Shown: positions 18,619-28,244 of the stretch, in pieces
Layout of the letters: each line of letters starts with the position of its first letter
How positions within the stretch are numbered: position 1 is the first letter of the stretch
NCBI GenBank assembly: GCA_048938445.1
Contig: JBHLME010000030.1
Location: forward strand, 1 to 40,220
Length of the DNA stretch: 40,220 nucleotides
Direction: 5' to 3'
Source of the DNA: Promethearchaeota archaeon
Lineage (GTDB): Archaea > Asgardarchaeota > Lokiarchaeia > Sigyniarchaeales > SOKP01
The notes under the pieces: model-generated
The model's database searches: none
What the model was told of the DNA's origin: nothing
The model's input: the letters and a program-made list of their open reading frames with translations, nothing else
Position numbers and translations under genes: made by a program

Positions 18619-20871
18619 TTAACTGCGCTTGTAGATAAACCTTTCCCAGGATTTTTTTGAAGGCATTTCTTCTGGCATTCCCTTTCTTTTTCGAATTTCT
18701 AAAATGAGATCTTGTTCTAAACTCGCAGGTACCTTTTCAAATCCCAAGAATTCATATCCAAAGAACGCTCGACCTTGTGTAGAGCCACGTATCTCATCAG
18801 CAATCCCGATTGTTTCTGCTGCTGGTATTTGTCCTTGCACTCGAACATATTCTCCTTCAGGAATTACATTTGAAATCCTGCCACGGCGTTTACTTATTAC
18901 ACTACTAACTGATCCTTCCGTTCCTTCGGGTGTCTTGATATCGATTTTTTGGATCGGTTCAAATAAATGGGGTTCAGCATCAAGCATTGATAATGACAAT
19001 GAAGAAAATGCCATTCCCGCAATTTGACCATATTGCGTGTGTCTTGGATCTTCATGAATGACCATATCTGTAAAAACTGCTTTTATCCCTGTTGCAGGTT
19101 CCTTTGCTAATATACATTCACCAATCCAATCTCTAAACGCATTAACTAATGAACCCCTAACTCGATCAAAGCGTTGTAATCCCGTGGTACCATTGACAAG
19201 TAAACTTCCTTGGTATACATCTACAATTCGTCTTGCTTCTTTAGCATCCCATCCTGCTTCTTCTCTCAATATCGTTGCTCGCTCTTTTTCATTTTGCAAG
19301 TCATTAATTTTACCTGTTTCAATTAGTTTCTCGGTAGTTTCATCTAAGGGTTCGATATAAAGTAAAATGCGATTATGAGTATTTGCTGATTTACAGTGAT
19401 ATTCCTTCCCCTTTTTCGTAATTTTTTCTCGATATACAATGATAGGCTCTCCAATATTTATCTCAACTTGGTTATTAATTCTTTTCGTGAGTATTTCAAT
19501 TTGAAGTGGATCAATACCACTGAGAATAAATTCTCCAGATTCCTTGTCCATTCTATAGGTTGCAGTGGGATCAGCTTTCAACCATTTACCAACAACATCA
19601 GTTAATTTATCAATGTCATGAGGATCCTTGGATTTAATACTTCTTGAAACAACAGGTTCACATGCATATTGAATATTTTCAAAAGAAGGTATTTTTGCTT
19701 GATCCGCTTTATCTTTTGGTAGATCATTTGCATTCATAAAAGTTTCTCCAGAAGGACAAATAAAACCGAATATAGCGAATAAATTTCCAGCAGGAACTTT
19801 AGGTATATCTAAGATATCCGTGATTTCCATGACACCTAGACGCTTTACACGACTAGTTACTTTACCACCAATTAAATATAAAGAATCTGTTTGGTCAAAG
19901 GTTCCTGAAAAAACACGTCCGATAAGTGTTGCTTGGTAATTTTTCTTAGGATCAAGGAAAATTTTTGTAATCATTCCATAGAGAGGTCCATTAGGATCAC
20001 TTTTCTGAAGTGCTTGACCTAATTCTGAGTTCAAATCACCCCCCCAAATATGCGGAATTCTATATTTTGCGGCAGTAACAGGATCGGGAAGATGATCGAC
20101 AACCATTCTCAGCATACTTTCATCTAAGGGAAGTGTGTCTCTCAACCATTGAATATCTCCTTCAGCATATTTTTCAAACACATCTTGAGGTTTTAATTTT
20201 TTTTCTAATAGAATTTCATAAGTAAAACCCCATCCATGTTTAGCGGAGCCGACAGCTACGGAGTTCTTGGCAAAATCTACACCCCAATCACTTCCCTCAG
20301 GTCTTACTCTTTTAATCAAATCATTAACTTGTTTAGTAATAGAATCTATTTTACTAAACGTGTCTTTCGGACTTAATTTCAATTCAGCAATTAATCTATC
20401 AACCTTATTAATGAATAAAACGGGTTTGCATAATTCTTCACCCACAGCTAAGCGAATATTAGTTTCCGTTTGAGTCATAATTCCTTCAAGAGCATCAACT
20501 AATATGATCGCTCCATCACTCCCTCTTAGTGCTCGAGAAACTTCCCCAGTAAATGAAATATGTCCTGGTGTATCATTTATTTGGAATATATATGGTTCTT
20601 CTTCATCTGGTTTTCTAGGATCGTTAAACGCAAGTAAAACTACACTTGTGAAGATTGTTATACCTCTTTCTTGTTCTTCATCATCACTATCAGTCATTTG
20701 TAATTGACCAGCATCTTCGGGTCTCATTAACCCCGCACGTCTCATTAGATAATCTGAAGCAGTAGTCTTACCATGATCAATATGAGCTACAATACTAAAT
20801 ATTCTTTTTTTTTCATACGAACCCTGTGTAATTTCTTTTGAAATTTCTTCCGGGTTTTTTACTTTTACCAT
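18619..20871 (-). CDS. fusA: Archaeal translation elongation factor EF-2 (diphthamide loop lacks HRG)
   Basis: AHIDHGKTT, ERGITI, DTPGH, NKVD, GSAKHGWG, GRVFSG, PIIVYRE, IRGSTQGRA; 750 aa. Confidence 0.93.
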   Translation of the reverse strand: MVKVKNPEEISKEITQGSYEKKRIFSIVAHIDHGKTTASDYLMRRAGLMRPEDAGQLQMTDSDDEEQERGITIFTSVVLLAFNDPRKPDEEEPYIFQINDTPGHISFTGEVSRALRGSDGAIILVDALEGIMTQTETNIRLAVGEELCKPVLFINKVDRLIAELKLSPKDTFSKIDSITKQVNDLIKRVRPEGSDWGVDFAKNSVAVGSAKHGWGFTYEILLEKKLKPQDVFEKYAEGDIQWLRDTLPLDESMLRMVVDHLPDPVTAAKYRIPHIWGGDLNSELGQALQKSDPNGPLYGMITKIFLDPKKNYQATLIGRVFSGTFDQTDSLYLIGGKVTSRVKRLGVMEITDILDIPKVPAGNLFAIFGFICPSGETFMNANDLPKDKADQAKIPSFENIQYACEPVVSRSIKSKDPHDIDKLTDVVGKWLKADPTATYRMDKESGEFILSGIDPLQIEILTKRINNQVEINIGEPIIVYREKITKKGKEYHCKSANTHNRILLYIEPLDETTEKLIETGKINDLQNEKERATILREEAGWDAKEARRIVDVYQGSLLVNGTTGLQRFDRVRGSLVNAFRDWIGECILAKEPATGIKAVFTDMVIHEDPRHTQYGQIAGMAFSSLSLSMLDAEPHLFEPIQKIDIKTPEGTEGSVSSVISKRRGRISNVIPEGEYVRVQGQIPAAETIGIADEIRGSTQGRAFFGYEFLGFEKVPASLEQDLILEIRKRKGMPEEMPSKKSWERFIYKRS

Positions 20872-21227
20872 GATTAATTCACAATTACAGTATTTTTTCG
20901 ATAATTCTTACGAGATTACAAATAAATAATAATAATTTATTAAATAATCTTTACCAAATTGTGAAAAAAAAGGTATTTAACCATAAAAATTTTATGGATT
21001 TACGCTATAAGACGCGTTTTTTTATTTTTTTTTTCCCAACATTAAAAAAGAGAAAAGAATGATAAATTGAATATTGAATATAATCGATTAATTCAAATTA
21101 TTTAAGAAAGAAATAAAAATTATAATCATCATATAGAAAATCGCATTAATATTTCAATTAATTGGATATTTTGGCAATTTAAATAAATATGTTAATACTA
21201 TCTCAAAATTATATTAATAAGATAAAA

Positions 21228-21878
21228 TTAAGACTTAAATGTCTGTTCTTTTATTAAATTTATTATATGTTTTACTCCTAAAACGACATCATCAGCATAA
21301 TCATCAGCTCCGAATTTTTTTGCGAGTTCCATATTTAATGGGGCTCCACCAACGATTATCTTTACCATACCACGTAATCCCTCTTTAATCAATAAATCAT
21401 GAATATTTTTTATTTCTTTTACTGTCGTTGATAATAGAGAACTCAAGGCAATAATTTTTGCTTTGGATTTTTTTAATTCCTTAATTATGGTCTCTGCGCT
21501 AACATCAACACCTAAATCAATAACATTAAAACCCGAACTTAGGAGTAACGTGCCTAAGAGATTTTTACCTATTTCGTGAAGATCTCCTTTTACGGTACAA
21601 ATAATAATTTTTCCCTTTTGGTTTGGTTTTTCCTTGAGAGATAAAATGGGCTTTAATATATCCAGAGCAATTTTCATTGTCTCTCCTGCTAGCATTAACT
21701 CTGCTAAATAATATTCCATTATTTCATATCGACGTCCCACCTCATCCATTCCTCTCTTGAGAGCGTTTAAAATAGAAAGAGGATCTATATTTTCATCATA
21801 AAGAGCTTTTAGTATAGTATTAGAAATTTCATCTATTTCTAAATCTATGATAAGTTGTGTAATTTTTTCTAAGATCAT
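21228..21878 (-). CDS. Corrinoid (B12-binding) protein, MtbC/MttC/MtaC-like
   Basis: Cap domain GMDEVGRRYE...YLAELMLAG; GDLHEIGKN (DxHxxG), DLGVDV, LSSLLSTT, VGGAP, GADDYADD. Confidence 0.9.
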   Translation of the reverse strand: MILEKITQLIIDLEIDEISNTILKALYDENIDPLSILNALKRGMDEVGRRYEIMEYYLAELMLAGETMKIALDILKPILSLKEKPNQKGKIIICTVKGDLHEIGKNLLGTLLLSSGFNVIDLGVDVSAETIIKELKKSKAKIIALSSLLSTTVKEIKNIHDLLIKEGLRGMVKIIVGGAPLNMELAKKFGADDYADDVVLGVKHIINLIKEQTFKS

Positions 21879-21910
21879 GAATCTTTCTCTTTATATGAAA
21901 ATTATTTCAT

Positions 21911-23362
21911 TTATTCATTGATAAAGGGTAGAACCATATTTTTCAAGACATATAAGGTTTTCTTGCCTAAAGATGATCTTGCATTTGAAGCTTTGGCAAC
22001 ATTAATAATTTCCAGATTATCGGGGAGTTTATCAATAATAAAAGCATTTAAAAACTCAAGAAAAGTGGTATATTTTCTTTTGGTTTCAATCCATAAAAAC
22101 CCATCTTTCTTAAAACAAGTTGGATTTTTTTGTTTAAATCTATCAGCATGCTCTTTATCTTTAATTGAAGGACCTTTTCTAAGGTAGGTTTTGGAAATTT
22201 TGGGTTTAATACAATAAATAGCTAAATTATATTCACCTATATCATGCTTGAAATAAACTTCAAATAAAATAGTCCCAAAACGTTCTTCATGTGAATATTC
22301 TTTTTCTCCATTAGCTTTGATTTTTTCACCTAAAACGTAAATTTTATCCCTATTTATTGTATAATGTATCCCATTATCGATGTTTTTTATTTCAATTATA
22401 AAGTAATTATCTAAACTTGATACTTCTGCTTCTGGAATTGGCTTTATCTCAAAAAAGATCGGGCTAGGATTTTCAAGAAAATCCTTGATCCTCTGATTAC
22501 AATATTTATAAGCTCTTTCTGATATCGCAGATGCTACATTTCTATTTGAATCTACTGGATCAGTCAAAATGAGGAAATCATTTTGAAAATGTTGGATTTT
22601 TTCTAATTCTGTTTTACTTCTTTTGAAATAATCCAAGGGAGCATTAGTAAGGGAATTAAAACTATTAAACAACTTTTCAATTGTACCATAATGATAAATT
22701 AATAATTCTGCGCTATAACCAATAAATCCGATTTTCCCTACAGCACTTTTATCCCCATAACTATGACAACTTTTAAAGAACTGCTTTAATAATCGCACGT
22801 CATCTTTTTGATCTTTTGAAAGATTATCTCGCACAAAACGTCCATGCCAAGGAGAGCGATCAACAGCTGTAATAATTCCATTTTTACTAATATAATCAAG
22901 GGACAGCTCAAAATATAAGACAAGATCCAATTTTACTTTTAATTTTTTTTCTTCATCAATGAAATCTACGGTTACATATGGATGTTCAGCATATAAAAGC
23001 CTTGGTTCTTTAAACTCTTTTAAAATTAATGATTTTATTATCCAATCATTGCATAATCTTAAGAAATCTTTTTTGGTTTCTTTTTTTAATTTAGTTTTAC
23101 TTAAGCCTTCATATTTCTGCTTGTATAAATCATAATTCAATCCAATGAAAATATCTATATCAAAATCGTTTCTTAATTGTGTCTGTTTAATACCGGTAGA
23201 ACCTTGCGGTTCGATTATCGTAAAGTCTATGTTTAATTCTTTAGCGGAATTCTTTAGTAAAACTTTAACAACTTCAATAATTTCATTAATGTCATATAAC
23301 TCCTCTGGCGTAGGGATGATCTTTTTTAAAACTTGATGTAAAATGTCATTAATATGATTCAT
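21911..23362 (-). CDS. cca: CCA-adding enzyme (archaeal class I tRNA nucleotidyltransferase)
   Basis: QGS...DFDIDIF, YAEHPYV, AVDRSPWH, VRLLKQFFK, GYSAELL, DPVDSNRNVASA. Confidence 0.9.
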   Translation of the reverse strand: MNHINDILHQVLKKIIPTPEELYDINEIIEVVKVLLKNSAKELNIDFTIIEPQGSTGIKQTQLRNDFDIDIFIGLNYDLYKQKYEGLSKTKLKKETKKDFLRLCNDWIIKSLILKEFKEPRLLYAEHPYVTVDFIDEEKKLKVKLDLVLYFELSLDYISKNGIITAVDRSPWHGRFVRDNLSKDQKDDVRLLKQFFKSCHSYGDKSAVGKIGFIGYSAELLIYHYGTIEKLFNSFNSLTNAPLDYFKRSKTELEKIQHFQNDFLILTDPVDSNRNVASAISERAYKYCNQRIKDFLENPSPIFFEIKPIPEAEVSSLDNYFIIEIKNIDNGIHYTINRDKIYVLGEKIKANGEKEYSHEERFGTILFEVYFKHDIGEYNLAIYCIKPKISKTYLRKGPSIKDKEHADRFKQKNPTCFKKDGFLWIETKRKYTTFLEFLNAFIIDKLPDNLEIINVAKASNARSSLGKKTLYVLKNMVLPFINE

Positions 23363-23456
23363 ACATGCATTTCAGATATTACTTTTTAAGGTTAAGAGTG
23401 ATTAAGTAATTATAAACTTATCAGCTAGAATTAAATTAATCTATTAAAAAATATTT

Positions 23457-25268
23457 TTACATACCCCACCATGGGTGAGTTGTTTTTCGCATTATAGTTA
23501 TGTATTCTCTCAAAACTTCTTTTTGATCTGAGGTTAGGTCATTTATAAATCTTGCCATTATTTGTCTAACATGAGATTCTGGAAGGTTAACGAATAGTGT
23601 TTCATCCTTCCTTATATCTCTTCCTATTTCTATTCCACGAATAGAAACAGCTACTTCAGAACCTTTTTCTGCTTTTTCTAAAGTCTGACCCTTGTCTTGT
23701 AATTGATGAACCCTACCAACCTTTTTACCTTGATCCGTGATTAATAGTACCTTTGGTTTTAAAGTTCCACCTTCTATGGAAACTCCAAATACAGCAGGAT
23801 TGGAATTTCTAAAAATATATTCAGGAAACATCTTGATTTTTGCAGGTAGCCAAAGCTCGCCCAACTCCTTTGCGGTATCTTCAGCTTTTCTCGTTTCTGC
23901 ATATTCAATGAATTCATCTGATAATCGATATATCACATTATTAGTAAATATCCGGATATTATCATTATAAGCTTGTTCTTGCGCATCTGGTAAAACGTCA
24001 ACATTAAAGCCTAACACGACAGCAGAATATGGGTCAAAATCTTGAACAATTCTTGCATTCATAATGTCTTCCTTTTTTATAGGACCAACATCAGCAATAC
24101 TTATTTTAACATTATTTTTTGAGAAATGATTTTCCAATGCTTCAAGGGAACCTAGCGTGTCTGCTTTTAGTACTACTCCCGCTTTATCAGTTTTAATCTT
24201 GATTGCATCTACTTCTTCTTCAATCTCTTTATATACTTGATCTTCTTCTGAAGGATGCCCGATTGCTTTAAAAGGAGAACCAGCAACAACATCATCGATG
24301 TTTGGTGCTAATATCTTTATTCCTGCGGCAGCACTAATAAAATCAACTGAATCAAATTTTTGTCTAGGGTCTCGAATTTCATCTAATGGTTTTGGGAGTA
24401 ACAATGCTCTTACTTTTGATTTAATTGGCTTTTCTAAACCTCCTACTATAAATTCATCACCTTTTTTAATAATTCCATCATAAATTAATACATCCATAGT
24501 TTTTCCTTGTCCTTTCTCTTTCTTAACTTCTAAAACTACTCCTTTAGCAGCTCCTTCTGAAAATTTCAAGTTTTTTGAAAGGTACTGCTGGACCAAACCC
24601 ATTAATATCATTAATAATGTTGAAATACCTTCTCCTGTCTTCGCACTCGTAGGGATTATTGCCAATTTCTTAGTAAAATCCTTAATTTTATAATATACAT
24701 CACAATCTCTGAAACCTTCTTCGAGGAAATTACCAATAATTTGAAATATTTTTTCGTCTAGAAATTCTTTTACGTGAGATTTTTGTTTATTATAGGTATC
24801 TAAGAAATCAGCATCTTTAGTTGGTTTCCAGCCGGATATTCTATCAATCTTATTAGCAGCAATAATGAAAGGAGTTTTTCTCTCTCTTAATATTCGGACA
24901 GATTCCCAAGTGATTGGCATCGTTCCAGCAGTCACGTCTACTACTAAAATAGCAATATCCGCTACCGCCCCGCCTCTTCTCCTCAAGTTCATAAATGCTG
25001 CGTGTCCCGGGGTGTCAACTATTAATAATCCAGGTAACTTTATGTCTTTTTGAGCAAATTCTTGTTTTGATTTTCTTAAAAAGTTTTTTATGTCTTCTAC
25101 AGGAAAATAGGAAGCACCTATGTGTTGTGTAATTCCTGCGGCTTCCCTTTGTTGAACGATTGTACCTCTGATATAATCTAAAAGGGAGGTTTTTCCATGA
25201 TCTATATGTCCGAGTATACATGCAATTGGTGCTCTAATCGTCTTCTCTCCATTTTCTGCCATCATCAT
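23457..25268 (-). CDS. infB: Translation initiation factor aIF5B (IF-2)
   Basis: GHIDHGKT, GITQHIGA, DTPGHAAF, NKID, SAKTGEG, KADTLGSLEAL; no intein. Confidence 0.96.
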   Translation of the reverse strand: MMMAENGEKTIRAPIACILGHIDHGKTSLLDYIRGTIVQQREAAGITQHIGASYFPVEDIKNFLRKSKQEFAQKDIKLPGLLIVDTPGHAAFMNLRRRGGAVADIAILVVDVTAGTMPITWESVRILRERKTPFIIAANKIDRISGWKPTKDADFLDTYNKQKSHVKEFLDEKIFQIIGNFLEEGFRDCDVYYKIKDFTKKLAIIPTSAKTGEGISTLLMILMGLVQQYLSKNLKFSEGAAKGVVLEVKKEKGQGKTMDVLIYDGIIKKGDEFIVGGLEKPIKSKVRALLLPKPLDEIRDPRQKFDSVDFISAAAGIKILAPNIDDVVAGSPFKAIGHPSEEDQVYKEIEEEVDAIKIKTDKAGVVLKADTLGSLEALENHFSKNNVKISIADVGPIKKEDIMNARIVQDFDPYSAVVLGFNVDVLPDAQEQAYNDNIRIFTNNVIYRLSDEFIEYAETRKAEDTAKELGELWLPAKIKMFPEYIFRNSNPAVFGVSIEGGTLKPKVLLITDQGKKVGRVHQLQDKGQTLEKAEKGSEVAVSIRGIEIGRDIRKDETLFVNLPESHVRQIMARFINDLTSDQKEVLREYITIMRKTTHPWWGM

Positions 25269-25369
25269 CCACCTAAATAAGTGTTAAAATAATAATTATA
25301 TGAAAGAATATGTTTTAAAGATTTAGAACTTTTCTACTTATAAATTAATAATATCAAAAAATAGTGCCT

Positions 25370-28240
25370 TTATTTCCTTTTTAAATATTTTTTAAGATAG
25401 CTGGCAGTATATGATCGTGAATCATCAATTATTTCTTCGGGAGTGCCCATTACCACGATTTCACCTCCTTTTTCTCCTCCTTCAAGACCGACGTCTATAA
25501 TATAATCAGCAGATTTTATTATTTCCATATTATGCTCTATAATAATCACTGTATTACCCATATCTACTAATCTTTGAAGTACTTTTAATAAAATTTTAAT
25601 ATCGTAGGCACTTAATCCCGTGGTTGGTTCATCAAGTATGTATAAAGTATTTCCCGTGCTTTTTTTTCGTAATTCTCGTGCAATCTTTAATCTTTGAGAT
25701 TCACCCCCACTTAATGTAGTTGATGATTGACCTAATTCTAAATATCCCAAACCAACATCTGAAACGGTCTGTAATGTCCTTTTAAGATTAGGGAAATTAT
25801 CAAAAAGTTCTAACGTGTGATCAAATGTCATGTTTAACACATCAGATATGGAATTCCCCTTGAACTTGATATCTAATGTTTCAGCATTATACCTAAGCCC
25901 TTTACACAAATCACATTTAATATATACATCTGGAAGAAAATACATTTCTTTAAGGATATATCCCGTACCATTACAATTTTTACAATGCCCTGCTTTAGTG
26001 TTAAAACTAAATCTTCCCTTCTTATAACCACGACCCTTTGATTCTGGTAAAGAGGCAAAAATTTCTCGAATATAATCCATTGCTTTTGTATACGTTGCTG
26101 GTACAGAACGAGGAGTTCTTCCTATAGGTGCTTGATCAATATCAATTATTTTATCAATATGGTCGCTTCCAATAATTTTATCAAAATCTCCTGTAAGAAG
26201 TCTAGAACTCCTAGTGTTAATGATGTTATGTATACCTTTGTATAGACAATCAATAATCAAACTCGTTTTTCCTGCTCCAGAGACACCTGTTACGCAAGTT
26301 AAAACACCAAGAGGGATTTTAACATCGATTCCTTTTAAATTATTTTCTCTTGCTCCTTTTATTTCTATATAATTACCACTTAATTCCCGTCTTGATTTAG
26401 GAACTTCAATTTTCTCTTTCCCAGATAAATATTTTGCAGTTAAAGTGTCTGCTTTAAGGATTTCATCTAATGGTCCTTCAGCTACAACTTGACCTCCGTT
26501 TTCTCCTGCTAAAGGTCCCAAATCGATGATATGATCGGCATTTCGAATAATTTCATCATCATGTTCTACAACTATTACTGTATTTCCCAAATCTCTTAGT
26601 TTCTTCAACATATTTATTAATCGAGTGATATCACGCGTGTGAAGGCCTACAGAAGGCTCATCTAGCACGTATAAAACACCAACTAAACTTGAACCTAATT
26701 GAGTTGCTAATCGAATTCTTTCCGCTTCTCCAACAGATAGAGTATCAGATCTTCTACTCATCTGTATGTAATCAAGACCGACATTCTCTAAAAATGACAA
26801 CCTTTCATTTATCTCTTTTAATACTTCTTTTACAATTGTCTGTTGAGTTTCAGTTAACTTCAATTTTTTAAAAAACTTTATAGAATCTTTAACTGGAAGG
26901 TTTGATAATTCTGCTATGTTTAAATTATTAATTGTGACTGCTCTACTTTCCGCTTTTATCCTGTGTCCGTTACATTCAGGACAACTTGCTAAATGCATGA
27001 AGCTTTCATATACATCTCTTCCTTGTTCTGATTGAGTTTCAATGTATCTTCGATATAACATTGGAATTATTCCTTCCCATGGTCTATTCGTTTCCCATGA
27101 TGAAAATGTTCCATTTCTATTATTCTGATAGTTACTTTTATCACTTTTAAACTGAAAACTTAGATTTTCTTCTCCAGATCCATATAATAATTTACTTAAT
27201 TTTTCGGGATCGATTTCATTAATTGGAGTCTCATCAAGGTCAAAGTCATAGTGACTTGCCACTTGATTTAGCATTTGCCAAGAATATCCCCCTAAGCTTC
27301 GGAATCCAGGAATATTTCTTATCCCACTTTCTTGAATAGGAATTACCAAATCATTACCTAAGATTAATTCATAATCAAATTCTAAAACAGTTCCTAATCC
27401 ATTACAAGTTTTACAGCTTCCATGAGGTATGTTAAATGAAAAAATTTTATGATCAAGTGGAGGAAATGAGACTTGGCAATCTAAACATGCGAAATGTTCA
27501 GAAAACATTCGCTCCTCTTTACCTACGATTTCAATTACAACAATACCATCAGAAAGATTTAAAGCAGTTTCAATTGAATCAGCTAGTCTTGTTTTAATAT
27601 CTTCTTTCATTACTAATCTATCAATAATCACGCTAATGTCATGCTTGATATTCTTTTCAAGAGTGATTTGTTCATCGAGGGTATATTGGATTCCATCAAT
27701 TTCTACTCTAACATAACCTTGTTTCTTTAAATCTTGAAGAAGATCTTTATATTCTCCCTTACGATCTCGAATAATAGGTGATTTTATGATAAATTTTTCA
27801 TCTAATTTCACTAAAGTTAAAATTTGATTGATAATTTGTTGTGGTGTTTGAGGATTGATTTCTTTTCCACAAGTAGGACAATGTGGAATCCCAATATTAG
27901 CATATAAAAGCCTATAATAATCATATATCTCAGTTACAGTTCCAACAGTGCTTCTTGGATTTTTTGATAATGCTTTCTGCTCTATTGCAATCGCAGGAGA
28001 TAATCCTTCTATTGAGTCCACGTCTGGCTTATCCATCTCACCAAGAAATTGTCTTGCATAACTTGACAGAGATTCTAAGAACCTTCTCTGTCCCTCGGCA
28101 TACAATGTATCCATTGCAAGACTAGATTTTCCACTACCACTTACACCTGTAATAATAACAAGTTTATTTCTTGGTATTATCACGTCAATATTTTTAAGGT
28201 TATTTTGACGTGCTCCTTTAATTATAATATCGCTATTCAT
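25370..28240 (-). CDS. uvrA: Excinuclease ABC subunit A
   Basis: GARQNNLKN, GVSGSGKSS, YAEGQRR, NPRSTVGT, GVSGAGKTS, PIGRTPRS, LSGGESQR, Zn-finger CxxC pairs. Confidence 0.97.
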   Translation of the reverse strand: MNSDIIIKGARQNNLKNIDVIIPRNKLVIITGVSGSGKSSLAMDTLYAEGQRRFLESLSSYARQFLGEMDKPDVDSIEGLSPAIAIEQKALSKNPRSTVGTVTEIYDYYRLLYANIGIPHCPTCGKEINPQTPQQIINQILTLVKLDEKFIIKSPIIRDRKGEYKDLLQDLKKQGYVRVEIDGIQYTLDEQITLEKNIKHDISVIIDRLVMKEDIKTRLADSIETALNLSDGIVVIEIVGKEERMFSEHFACLDCQVSFPPLDHKIFSFNIPHGSCKTCNGLGTVLEFDYELILGNDLVIPIQESGIRNIPGFRSLGGYSWQMLNQVASHYDFDLDETPINEIDPEKLSKLLYGSGEENLSFQFKSDKSNYQNNRNGTFSSWETNRPWEGIIPMLYRRYIETQSEQGRDVYESFMHLASCPECNGHRIKAESRAVTINNLNIAELSNLPVKDSIKFFKKLKLTETQQTIVKEVLKEINERLSFLENVGLDYIQMSRRSDTLSVGEAERIRLATQLGSSLVGVLYVLDEPSVGLHTRDITRLINMLKKLRDLGNTVIVVEHDDEIIRNADHIIDLGPLAGENGGQVVAEGPLDEILKADTLTAKYLSGKEKIEVPKSRRELSGNYIEIKGARENNLKGIDVKIPLGVLTCVTGVSGAGKTSLIIDCLYKGIHNIINTRSSRLLTGDFDKIIGSDHIDKIIDIDQAPIGRTPRSVPATYTKAMDYIREIFASLPESKGRGYKKGRFSFNTKAGHCKNCNGTGYILKEMYFLPDVYIKCDLCKGLRYNAETLDIKFKGNSISDVLNMTFDHTLELFDNFPNLKRTLQTVSDVGLGYLELGQSSTTLSGGESQRLKIARELRKKSTGNTLYILDEPTTGLSAYDIKILLKVLQRLVDMGNTVIIIEHNMEIIKSADYIIDVGLEGGEKGGEIVVMGTPEEIIDDSRSYTASYLKKYLKRK

Positions 28241-28244
28241 TATT

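Noticed and set aside
20872-21227. 356-bp AT-rich gap upstream of EF-2 with long T tracts (about 21017-21034)
   Set aside because: No ORF, tRNA fold, repeat array or convincing stem; consistent with ordinary promoter/terminator DNA
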